A DNA stretch of 64,000 nucleotides from a virus, in IMG/VR virus record IMGVR_UViG_3300013132_000046, positions 4,575 to 68,574 of that record; one strand, written 5' to 3'. The notes under the pieces were generated by a model. The model made no database searches and was not told the DNA's origin. It worked only from the letters and a program-made list of their open reading frames with translations. Shown here piece after piece: positions 43,901 to 52,302 of the stretch; positions within the stretch are counted from its first letter, which is position 1, and the number at the start of each line of letters is the position of its first letter. The position numbers and the translations under genes were made by a program.

Positions 43901-44858
43901 TTCTTAATCTATCTTCTGTTTTCATTCTTCTAGAAAGATCCCAAATATCCTTTGCAGAGGCATCTCTAATACCCGTGGACTTTACAATAAAATCGCCTTG
44001 TACTTTTTCGTCTTCAATTCTAAGACCAATAAAGGTTAGGTCTTCACCCCATTTTTTGTCAAATGCTTCTTTAAACTCAGCAAAGCTTTTAGCACCAGTA
44101 GCCATGTTTAATGTTTCAGCATAAATAGGGTCTGTTTCTTTTAGATTATCTGCCCCAATCTCCCCATCAACAAGTGCTTTTTGTTTATCTGGTGTTAGGG
44201 TATAATCAGCAGCCTGACTTATCACAGCTTGATTTAAAGCTCTCTGGGATTCCATTTCAACAAAGGTTGCTTGAGCTTGTGTAAAGATACCCTCAACCCA
44301 AGGAACTCCAGCTAGTGCTGGATTTTCTTTGATAAACTCATCCATAGCTTCCTGGATAAGTTGTGGACCCATGATATCACCATACTTATCACTATTGCTC
44401 ATTACCCACTTATTAAAACTATTTTGAGCTACTTCATTTGAGAAATCCGCACCCCAAGATTTTACTACTCTTCTTGTAAACTGCGATTTCCACTCGTTGC
44501 CCGAGAATGGTGTTTCTGTTTTATTTAGGATCTTATTAAACTCAGAGATTTTTTCATCTGGTGACAGAGTATCATTAGCATCAATTTCTTCCCACTGGGA
44601 TTCAACTTTTGAAATTGTTCGTCTATCTAGGGTCTGAGCAATGCTTGAGAAATTATTTAAACCCTGCTGAACACCACCAGCAATCTCGGCTAATGCCATG
44701 TATTGTAACTCTTCATTACCCCTACCAACATAAGTTGGAGCCTTAGCAACGTCAGTTTGTCCACCATAAAACTCAGCACTAGTAAATTCTACTGGATTAG
44801 CAGAAACAGATGCTGGAGCTACTTGATCAATTCTTAATAGATTTCTTATATCTGCCAT
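40902..44858 (-). CDS. Internal virion/ejection protein (gp15-position, 1318 aa)
   Basis: Position after the gp14-like gene; helical composition; TAATG coupling. Confidence 0.6.
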   Translation of the reverse strand: MADIRNLLRIDQVAPASVSANPVEFTSAEFYGGQTDVAKAPTYVGRGNEELQYMALAEIAGGVQQGLNNFSSIAQTLDRRTISKVESQWEEIDANDTLSPDEKISEFNKILNKTETPFSGNEWKSQFTRRVVKSWGADFSNEVAQNSFNKWVMSNSDKYGDIMGPQLIQEAMDEFIKENPALAGVPWVEGIFTQAQATFVEMESQRALNQAVISQAADYTLTPDKQKALVDGEIGADNLKETDPIYAETLNMATGAKSFAEFKEAFDKKWGEDLTFIGLRIEDEKVQGDFIVKSTGIRDASAKDIWDLSRRMKTEDRLRRASSAYDIASLNFRANPTPENLESTTTSLKQVLADQNETQQLNTITKYATDILYGLETGRLNGDLNFSQLPPAEKIRILEEELDKVFKTRNATDILNDLETGKLSQLPIEEQIRILEGGLNNGFRSLPLKGSLKGLKTKDIVSFVRETKEGQSISSSVMDASVRVSESLRRSIEISTVMGNQPPSLEDTTSKFVQQFSVQTGLPISTVEQLFVTKDKDGFVTLRTEMPADIIRNLSPEDKKLLDSVGLTPENLIKIQDDFVKTLSESGIKSSRGATGTGSSKLGVNIPGETAAKQAIIKDPSIVQKALDVFNDPFATPEARREAGIIYDVAARFETTFGLAAEQALLLTAQSKRLLSTEETDAYSALSSGRATTEQIRLIEANQVLTKVDDAYKTLYGKSKDELKYFDLLEPVDAALIDQTNWVDNAGIITPDGRRIGLKLRIQAETIASDLGYAGRDEYLADYKRRLEALSTESIDDLTPSNFFAVLEMTRGFKNSKQTIGVFNDQPVMQNFMEFVASQEIPPTANISKYNTIYATALDVSLAAVTGSGSVDVRYSVGTTAGERVNTYTRALQAGNTSPLGSDEEFGTYVTIAMAKEIGVPAASIVGSPEVVAQSSLEQIHGLLKPLLPNGIPLPGDTENKTVVTTVSSTQEKSLGGGTRMVSTETLLPWNKLTPDQKLQYYFNEALKGNPETVKSLMKLPIILNGVMDRAELIGTPEERFSGVKELFRSGIKYSEVSGASIPKFSPTFTFTNGRVSSSFITGNPGSNTQISYQTRLPNIPRLPSELQPETMRQKAVEAMSGDAQIPNFDDIENKFDSWIGTDSPVDRPDIADVIEADAELLREIVDKDPSERRGIEVGLDPTDQVIVGLMSLPATESNIKYVSDMFGLNLTTNPNLRLDSTSVLEHLSSTGQGVELLKILKDANIGAGSQNKVKFDVAFDTKKPVLLIKRGNNLVPYGIPGAFPNVDTNAPANNEISRNVRFTRTFKIIRDLQQGVR
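43550..43759 (-). repeat. Intragenic tandem duplication (ATDIL..LETG.L..SQLP..E.IRILE x2)
   Basis: Nucleotide-level similarity between 43550-43630 and 43663-43759. Confidence 0.8.
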
Positions 44859-44860
44859 TT

Positions 44861-45517
44861 TTAATTCTCCTTAAAAGCTCCACCAATTGCTGCGCCACCA
44901 ATACCACCAGCAATCTGAGCACCACCAGCAATATAACCAGCTGTTGCATAAGCTGATGAGTTTTCGTATATTGGACGCTCTCCAGCAATTCTTAGATTCG
45001 GTAAGAAAATGTTTTCTGTTCGCTGAGACATAGTAGATCTAAATTCTCTATCAAGGTTTTGTAATTCTGTTTGGTAGTTTTTCTTTAGCTGGGTTGCGTT
45101 ATTAATTACATCAATATTTTGTGCCAAAGATAGAGCTGCATATAAACCACTATTTGCAGATATGCCTTTATTTGTTACTGCATTTAGTAAAGAAGCACCG
45201 GCTTGTGTAGCCTGCCTTGATAACTGTGTATTTTGGAATGTGTTAATTTCTGCTGCGTTTTGTCCTTTTTCTGTTCTTGTTCTATATGCAGATGAAGATA
45301 TAGCAGCATTTCTTTTTGTTTGTTGTGCAAAGTTATATGCTGACATAAACTGTTCTCTAGCATTAAAGTTTGCAACTTCTCTTAAGTTTTGCAACCACTG
45401 TTGATATGCTTCTTGATTTCTTTGTTCTGAAGCTGCTTGATTTGCTCTTCCTTGAGCCATTGTACCAACACCACCAGCAATAGCACCAGCAATTAAAACA
45501 CCAGCTAAAATAGCCAT
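44861..45517 (-). CDS. Internal virion protein (T7 gp14-like)
   Basis: Gly/Ala-rich hydrophobic termini around a Q/A-rich coiled coil; about 200 aa. Confidence 0.65.
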   Translation of the reverse strand: MAILAGVLIAGAIAGGVGTMAQGRANQAASEQRNQEAYQQWLQNLREVANFNAREQFMSAYNFAQQTKRNAAISSSAYRTRTEKGQNAAEINTFQNTQLSRQATQAGASLLNAVTNKGISANSGLYAALSLAQNIDVINNATQLKKNYQTELQNLDREFRSTMSQRTENIFLPNLRIAGERPIYENSSAYATAGYIAGGAQIAGGIGGAAIGGAFKEN

Positions 45518-46026
45518 TACAGACCTCTTTCTAAATAGTTTAGAATTTCTTTAGTTCTACTAGTTAAATCTTCAGTATATACATATAACACAGAGTTAAA
45601 TTTATAGTTATTAAGTGCTTCTAGATGATTGTTATAGATAGTTTCTACAGATAAATCCGAAAATAAACTACCAACTTTTGTTTTAATTTCATCCTTCCAC
45701 ACTTTATACATACTGTTTAACTGCGCTTGTTTATCTTTTCTTTCAATTATTATGGCAGCACCAATGCTATTTGGATCTAGTAGTTTAAGACCCTGGGACC
45801 ACATCTTTACAATGTATCCATCAAATGCATTGGTTGCGGCTAGTTGGGGTATTACATAGGGATCTAATTCCCAATATCCACTTAGATTGTGTTTTTTTAT
45901 TGTAAGACCCTTTAAATGTTTTTTACCCATAATAGGTAATCCAACCTTACGGGCTTCATTCATTATATACGAAGTACCAACTCTGGGTCCTACCCCAGTT
46001 ACAATAGATATCATCTCCAACCCCAT
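45517..46026 (-). CDS. Sulfotransferase-like P-loop protein
   Basis: IVTGVGPRVGTSYIM..G and N..GYWE, resembling the 5'-PSB motif G.PRSGTS. Confidence 0.65.
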   Translation of the reverse strand: MGLEMISIVTGVGPRVGTSYIMNEARKVGLPIMGKKHLKGLTIKKHNLSGYWELDPYVIPQLAATNAFDGYIVKMWSQGLKLLDPNSIGAAIIIERKDKQAQLNSMYKVWKDEIKTKVGSLFSDLSVETIYNNHLEALNNYKFNSVLYVYTEDLTSRTKEILNYLERGL

Positions 46027-47672
46027 TGATTTTTCTTAGGTGGTTTATGATTAGTCGATATTAGTTTTAAAGCACCGCTGCTTGGGATATAATCACCAGC
46101 CCTAAAGTTTTCAGCCCAGTTTTTTACTCGCTTTTCCCAAGCTTTCTTTTGATTGTCTTCTGAAGTTTTAGAAACATCTAACTTCATGTGTTCTTTGTAG
46201 TATTCTACAGCTGATGCCAATACGTCAATCCTATCGTCATGTTTTAGTGCCCCACGTCCACGATGGATTCTAGTCAACTGAACTTGGTTTTCTTGGTCTT
46301 TAATAACTTTACGATCAATAACCAATCTATGCATAGCCATAACTGGCTCTAGAGTTTCTATAATACGGATTTCTTTTTGTCCTTTTACCTTGTATTCTTC
46401 TACACCTACCCTACCACACTCATTCATTAGAAATGGTACTAATACTTTGGTAAACAAACCATCACCAAAGTTAGACTCCGTTCTAACTAGTTTTATTTCA
46501 TATTCATTGACAAGTTTAGCAATTTTACCCAGGGTAATGTCATCATATCCGCCATCAATACCCATTAGTTCATGTACAAAGATCATTCCATTTAGTACAG
46601 AAACAACGGCAACCCCGGTTTGGTCTGTTCCTCTACCCGATGGGTCAATACAAAGATGTGTATGTTGATATGGCATAAAGTTATCAGACATGTGCATTGG
46701 TTCTGGAATTATGTCTCCAGTTATACCAAACATTGGCATACCTGATAATGCATTTTGACCCTGCCAAACTATTAAATCTGGGGCTACTGTAGGATTAATA
46801 TCCATAACAATAAGATCCCGTAACTTTAGTGGGTATCTATCGGCATCGGCTAAAGAGGTTATAAGACGATATTGTAGAGCATACGCGCTAGGCCCCATTT
46901 TAGCCTGTCTGGCGGCTAGCTCTACTCGGTCGAACCGTTCGGGCTGGGTTGCATCCCCTGGCTCTATATCAAGCTCTAGGACCCAGGGAGCCACGTCCTC
47001 AGTCTCATGGGGAGTTAGAGCATTAGGCATCTCAGCCGGATACTTAATCATGGGGTACGAAACTTTAAGGACATTATAAATAGAGTCTTGATAATGGGGT
47101 GTACCTAAAAAGATAACCCTAGATGGTTTGTTTCTAATAGACTCAAGTTCATTAAGCTTTTTAAGTAAGTTTTCCTTACCTATTGGTGTTTCATTCTTAC
47201 CAGCAATCTCAATGTCATCTAGGATAATACGGTCTGCATGAAGACCAGTAATCTGCCCAGTAATACCACGGGCTGCACAACTTAAATCTTGTGTAAACTT
47301 AGTCCTAACAGATATGTTAAAACCAAGTGCGTTATCCTTATCTGCTTCACCAGGAATAAGGTGTTGGCAGTACGGAACAACAGATAAAATCTTTCTAGCT
47401 TGGGAAACAAAGTCAATAGCTTTGCCCTGAGTATTAGACAATACAAGGAAGGTACAGTTAGGATTTCTTAACCACTCCCAACTTGCCATGCAGGCTGTAA
47501 TGGTTGATTTACCAGTACCGCGTCCTGCGGCTATAATCTGATCATCTGGACCTTCTTGGATTTGTCTAGCTAGTTCATACTGGATTCGGGTAGGTTCCCC
47601 AAGGCCGAGATGCTTAAAACAAAAGTAAAGGTGGTTTCTAAAATCATCTACAACTTCTTGGGGAACCCGCAT
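46011..47672 (-). CDS. terL: Terminase large subunit (T7 gp19-like)
   Basis: AGRGTGKS Walker A, GITGQITG..AD.IILDDIE, FLGTP, IDPSGRG.D, ESNFGDG, HDDRIDVLA. Confidence 0.95.
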   Translation of the reverse strand: MRVPQEVVDDFRNHLYFCFKHLGLGEPTRIQYELARQIQEGPDDQIIAAGRGTGKSTITACMASWEWLRNPNCTFLVLSNTQGKAIDFVSQARKILSVVPYCQHLIPGEADKDNALGFNISVRTKFTQDLSCAARGITGQITGLHADRIILDDIEIAGKNETPIGKENLLKKLNELESIRNKPSRVIFLGTPHYQDSIYNVLKVSYPMIKYPAEMPNALTPHETEDVAPWVLELDIEPGDATQPERFDRVELAARQAKMGPSAYALQYRLITSLADADRYPLKLRDLIVMDINPTVAPDLIVWQGQNALSGMPMFGITGDIIPEPMHMSDNFMPYQHTHLCIDPSGRGTDQTGVAVVSVLNGMIFVHELMGIDGGYDDITLGKIAKLVNEYEIKLVRTESNFGDGLFTKVLVPFLMNECGRVGVEEYKVKGQKEIRIIETLEPVMAMHRLVIDRKVIKDQENQVQLTRIHRGRGALKHDDRIDVLASAVEYYKEHMKLDVSKTSEDNQKKAWEKRVKNWAENFRAGDYIPSSGALKLISTNHKPPKKNQWGWR

Positions 47673-47684
47673 CCGAATCTCCTA

Positions 47685-47906
47685 TTAATAAGTGGCCTGT
47701 TTCATCTTGAATGGAGCAGCATTTTTCATGGCTTGCTCAACAGCTTCAATAGACTCACTTGGAATCTTGTTAACCTGGTCCTTGTGGTCACTAAGGATAC
47801 CACGGACTACAGTGTAAAAACCAGGAGTACACTTAGCTTCATCACCAAAGTCGGCAATAAGACGAGCAATCAATAACTCCTGTAACTTATTTAAATGCTC
47901 CTTCAT
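47685..47906 (-). CDS. terS: Terminase small subunit (T7 gp18-like)
   Basis: Size, position directly upstream of TerL, L..LQE.L...L..TP....V...L.D pattern. Confidence 0.65.
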   Translation of the reverse strand: MKEHLNKLQELLIARLIADFGDEAKCTPGFYTVVRGILSDHKDQVNKIPSESIEAVEQAMKNAAPFKMKQATY

Positions 47907-47907
47907 A

Positions 47908-48009
47908 TCACTTCTTGCCTAGCTTAGTGATTGGGAAGACATGACCAGCAACATAACCAACTACAAATAACATACCAGCAAACCAAAGACTGCCTAAAAA
48001 TGATTCCAT
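47908..48009 (-). CDS. Small single-TM protein (33 aa), lysis-module candidate
   Basis: MESFLGSLWFAGMLFVVGYVAGHVFPITKLGKK; AGGAG SD. Confidence 0.6.
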   Translation of the reverse strand: MESFLGSLWFAGMLFVVGYVAGHVFPITKLGKK

Positions 48010-48010
48010 A

Positions 48011-48556
48011 TTAATTCTCCTTTTTACTTAACTTACTGTAAGCCGCATCAAAAGCGGGGTCTGATGCCCGTAATGCAGCAACCATTTCCCGGGGGGTAAC
48101 TGGATCAGACTCGTCTAGCGTCTTCTTAGCTAACTCAGCCTGCTCTAGTTTAGCCTTAGGAATAAATAAACCTAAAGAATAGAATATACCCTTAAGTAAT
48201 GTACCTAGTCCGGTATACCAAAGTATAAAGCAAATAGCAATTATACTAAGAGTAATCATTATATAAGATAATAAACTAGCCCACCAAGGAACCTTGTCTT
48301 CTACTTTGGTTAACGCAACCAGTGTAGACTTAGTTAGATTAACTATAGTATCTTGTTCTTTCCTTCCAGCAGATGCTTCTGCTTGAATCGACGCAACATC
48401 TATAACCTCGGTTTTTGTGGCTTCATCAATTCTAATAAACCTTTCCTTAGAAGATTGAGCCAAAGTAGATACTTGATTAGCATCTTTTGCGATTTGTGCT
48501 GTTGGTGATTTACAACCAACTAGAACTAAACATAGTAGTAATATATACTTATACAT
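48011..48556 (-). CDS. Lipoprotein with second TM helix (spanin-like)
   Basis: Lipobox LVGC at residue 15; TM helix PWWASLLSYIMITLSIIAICFILWY. Confidence 0.6.
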   Translation of the reverse strand: MYKYILLLCLVLVGCKSPTAQIAKDANQVSTLAQSSKERFIRIDEATKTEVIDVASIQAEASAGRKEQDTIVNLTKSTLVALTKVEDKVPWWASLLSYIMITLSIIAICFILWYTGLGTLLKGIFYSLGLFIPKAKLEQAELAKKTLDESDPVTPREMVAALRASDPAFDAAYSKLSKKEN

Positions 48557-48822
48557 TACTTTCTTCTTTCTAGTTCAACAACCCTGGCTTTAAGATCATC
48601 TAGTATTGCTTTGTGGGTAGCATCATTAGATGAAACTTGGATTTGAGCTTTAACCAAGTCTTGAACAATTGTTTTTAGTTCTGATAAGTCTTGATTTGTT
48701 TTATCTATCATTTGTGATCTTTTGCCAATATCAACAAAAAAAGCACCAACACCAACGGCTAAAACAACCAATTGGAACCATTGAACTAATATAGCAGATG
48801 TTTCTTTTTCTTTTGGTGGCAT
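48556..48822 (-). CDS. Single-TM coiled-coil protein (holin/lysis candidate)
   Basis: TM helix at residues ~10-30 then coiled coil; directly after the tail fibre gene, where T7 holin lies. Confidence 0.5.
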   Translation of the reverse strand: MPPKEKETSAILVQWFQLVVLAVGVGAFFVDIGKRSQMIDKTNQDLSELKTIVQDLVKAQIQVSSNDATHKAILDDLKARVVELERRK

Positions 48823-48831
48823 AAGATTTCC

Positions 48832-51800
48832 TTAGGTTTCCGAAGTTGCGGTTGAGTTTATTCCCTGGTTAGCTGGCAATCCCCCATCTTGTATTAAGTT
48901 TAACATACCATCAGTACTAAGTATGCTAAGCCTAATCCAAAGATCACTTGGTAATCCAACATTAACAAATTTTACGGCACATTCATTTCTACCAGAAATA
49001 GAACTACCTGAATTGGTAGTCCAGTTATTGCTATTAGCTGTATTAGTTGTTTTAGTATGTTTTGTAAATACGGGTTTTGTAGCTATTTTATCAAATTGTT
49101 GATGAATCTTTGTTACAACACCAGAGTTTTGACCTGATGGCGAACCCATATAAACTTCTTTAAACTGCAAAGGATATCCAGTAAAGTTATACCAATCAGT
49201 TAATCCGTTTGCTGTTCCTGTGTTATGCGAACTAATTGGTAATTCTGCATATCCTGTTTGATTGCCTGATGCAGAAGTAAATTCATCAAAAGAATACATA
49301 GTTAAGTCCCAATTCCAGGGACCATAATCTAATTCCGAGTCCGCAACAGAACCAGTTCCTATTAAATCTCTTGCTCTAGGTAATGTAGTAAAATGATTCG
49401 GTGCTGTTTTTCTAAATATTCTTGAATATCCAATTGATTTTACTCTTGGTACTATAACTCCAATTGTAACTACAAGTCTATCTTTTTGATTTGGGGCTGT
49501 TCCTATTCTTTCGATAGATTCATTTTTTACATATACTTTAATCTTAGAATAGTCAACTCTTGTTTTTACATAATTACTTTGAGCTTCAGTTATATTATTT
49601 TGAAAAATACTATCTAATCCAGCAGCTGTATCTGTAAGAATATTACTAGATGAGAATCTACTATTGGATGCAAATCCATGTTCTAGTATAATACTTGTTT
49701 TTAGTTTGTTTATTCCTGCTTGATAGAATGAGCTTGTTGTGTTTCCTGCTTTACAAACAACTCTAAAAACATATTCATCTACTGGATCTGGAACAAATCT
49801 ACTTGCTTCTGAAAACAGCTTATTAGCATCTATATTTAAAAGATGTGTACCAACTAAACCGTCAGCGTGTTGTGGTGCAGTAAGAGCACCAATTCTAATA
49901 TCGTTTGGTCTATGTGGCCAAGGCCACCAAATGCCACCTTGTGTATTACCAGCAAGTGGTGAATCAGGATCTGTAGAGCCATTTAAAAACCCACCAGTAA
50001 CATCAAATCCAGAATATACAATTGGTGGTACATATGTTGGATTTCCAGCGGTAAATAATCTCATATTAAAACCACTTACGTTTCCTGATAATGTTGTACC
50101 AACATCAGATAACATCCAATCTATATCTGCATGTCCAAAGAAAAATGGATTGTCAGTATAGTATTGGCCTACCCATTGAAAATTCCAGTTTTGCCATACA
50201 CCATCTGCTTTAAAAACAGTTCCATTGTTTGTTTTCCAATTGGTTGTTCCATAATCTGTTGTTCTTGGTCTTGACCAACCCTCAAATCTAACATGTTTTC
50301 TTAATGCGTCTAAGTCACCAGCATTCTTTGAAAAATAACTATTTGTTCCTGGTGGTTGTGTTAGCTGTGGATTATTACCATGCCCATCTCCCTGAATAGC
50401 AGGAAAAGTTGTAGTGTTTTTATCCCATGCTAAAGCTAAGGCTGCTTTATTATAGTAAATAATCTGTTCTGGAATTTTCCAAAGAACATTAACTGCTGCT
50501 TCTGAGCTTTCAAGCCTTTTAAACGATACATCTTTAAATGTATTATATTCAGCAGATATAAGAGAAGCTTTTCTTCTTCTTACAAATCGTTCTTTTACGA
50601 CAACATTATTATTTGCATTTTCCCATTCTTGATTTGGTAGTGGAAATGGACTAACTACTTCTCCGCCTGATGCAACTTCTATTCTATCATTCATTGCAGC
50701 AAAAGCAAAATCCCTTAATGCAGCTAAATAAAAATCATGGTATTTTACTGTTACACTTGAGTTTACATCTATAAATCTTGGTGTAGAGTTTACTGTTAAT
50801 TTTCCTGATAATCCAAGTGCGGATGCACCACCTAAAGAACCTAAAGTACTAAATGCAGAGTTTTCTCTAACAGGAATACTAGATAAGCAAGAGGTAACAC
50901 ATTCTGGTACAGATAGATAAAAATGTTTTACACCATAGCATTCTATTTTTGATGTAAAAACACTTCCCGGCGTAGCAACTTTAGTAAAATATGGCGAAAC
51001 AGTATAAGTTCCAGTAGCATTGGTAATATTAAAATATTGTAATAGTGTACCAGCACCCGAGTAATAACCATCTGTTGAGTATAGTTCTTCTGGTTTATTC
51101 CAAAACATTGTTGCTGAATTATCTAAATAAATTGGTGTTACTTCATTACTCTTAACTGTTTGTAGTCTGTTTTCATTTAGATTCCACAATAATTTTACTT
51201 TAATTGGGTTTGCAACATTTGCTGCAATATTATCAAACCTATTTTCAATACTTTGAAGATATAGTGTAAAATCTGTTATTGGTGGATTTTGGCTTTGTGA
51301 TGTTGGTACTTGAGATTGAATTATGCTATATACTGTAGGTGGATCTGGTATTACCCAGTTATTATTATCGTCTTTAAAGTTGTTTAACTTTGAACCTACA
51401 TCAACACCAGGTCCTGCAGCTGAATAAGCTATAGAAGTATTTAAATTCCCTTGAAAGACTCTACCTGGTGTGACAACTGGAGTACTAAACAAATTAAAAG
51501 AAGCTTGAGTATTTATCCACCTAAATATTGTAGAATCATACTTAAGAATATCATTATTTGCTGGTGGATTTGGTAATGTTACATCAGTTAAACTATTTAA
51601 GTCTGTAGATACGCCATTACTGGCAACAAACTTAGTTCCATCCCAACTAAGGGTAGAGTTTGGATCAAGGTTTTCAAAATCAAATATTACTGGATTTGGG
51701 CCACCAATACTAACAAAATTAAATGAAGATGCTGTTACAAGTGTCCATTTATCTGGGTGACTTGTCGGACTTTCTCCAGCTGTTGTTAACTGTAAACACC

Positions 51801-52290
51801 GATAAACTGATCCGCTAAATGTAACTACAGAACCAATCTGATAAACAGACCCATTACTCCATGCAGGAATACTGTTTAGGTCGGTAAATACATTATTATA
51901 TGTAGATCCACTTAGTTCTTTTTCTTGTGTTAAAAAGAGTAACTGATGAAAGGCTGAGTTAAGTTCAGTAGCCGATAGTTTTGCACCATCACTAAATACA
52001 GTAAGCATTCTTTGGTCATTAGTTATTCTTCTAATAACAACCTGACCAGATGGAGCGGAGTTAAATACAATGTTAGTACCTTGGATTGTGTATTCAGTAT
52101 TTTCTACCCGTAGTGTTTCTACTCCGTTTACTGATGGTCTTGTGTATACATAAATCTGATTAGAAATAGGTATTTCACAAATGTAATATAAAGAATCGTA
52201 TGAGAATGTAGTACCACCAGCTGCATTAAAAACTGCTTCTACATTGCTGGCTAAAATAGGTAGATTTGCTGAATAACTATAACAAGGCAT
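48832..52290 (-). CDS. Tail fibre (T7 gp17-like N-terminal anchor)
   Basis: VVIRRIT...VFSDGAKLSATELN.AF.QLLF..QE anchor; AW....YQIGSVV.F.G..YRC...P...W CBM5/12-like module; LNSLTDV repeat. Confidence 0.85.
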   Translation of the reverse strand: MPCYSYSANLPILASNVEAVFNAAGGTTFSYDSLYYICEIPISNQIYVYTRPSVNGVETLRVENTEYTIQGTNIVFNSAPSGQVVIRRITNDQRMLTVFSDGAKLSATELNSAFHQLLFLTQEKELSGSTYNNVFTDLNSIPAWSNGSVYQIGSVVTFSGSVYRCLQLTTAGESPTSHPDKWTLVTASSFNFVSIGGPNPVIFDFENLDPNSTLSWDGTKFVASNGVSTDLNSLTDVTLPNPPANNDILKYDSTIFRWINTQASFNLFSTPVVTPGRVFQGNLNTSIAYSAAGPGVDVGSKLNNFKDDNNNWVIPDPPTVYSIIQSQVPTSQSQNPPITDFTLYLQSIENRFDNIAANVANPIKVKLLWNLNENRLQTVKSNEVTPIYLDNSATMFWNKPEELYSTDGYYSGAGTLLQYFNITNATGTYTVSPYFTKVATPGSVFTSKIECYGVKHFYLSVPECVTSCLSSIPVRENSAFSTLGSLGGASALGLSGKLTVNSTPRFIDVNSSVTVKYHDFYLAALRDFAFAAMNDRIEVASGGEVVSPFPLPNQEWENANNNVVVKERFVRRRKASLISAEYNTFKDVSFKRLESSEAAVNVLWKIPEQIIYYNKAALALAWDKNTTTFPAIQGDGHGNNPQLTQPPGTNSYFSKNAGDLDALRKHVRFEGWSRPRTTDYGTTNWKTNNGTVFKADGVWQNWNFQWVGQYYTDNPFFFGHADIDWMLSDVGTTLSGNVSGFNMRLFTAGNPTYVPPIVYSGFDVTGGFLNGSTDPDSPLAGNTQGGIWWPWPHRPNDIRIGALTAPQHADGLVGTHLLNIDANKLFSEASRFVPDPVDEYVFRVVCKAGNTTSSFYQAGINKLKTSIILEHGFASNSRFSSSNILTDTAAGLDSIFQNNITEAQSNYVKTRVDYSKIKVYVKNESIERIGTAPNQKDRLVVTIGVIVPRVKSIGYSRIFRKTAPNHFTTLPRARDLIGTGSVADSELDYGPWNWDLTMYSFDEFTSASGNQTGYAELPISSHNTGTANGLTDWYNFTGYPLQFKEVYMGSPSGQNSGVVTKIHQQFDKIATKPVFTKHTKTTNTANSNNWTTNSGSSISGRNECAVKFVNVGLPSDLWIRLSILSTDGMLNLIQDGGLPANQGINSTATSET

Positions 52291-52302
52291 TGTAAATTCT
52301 CC

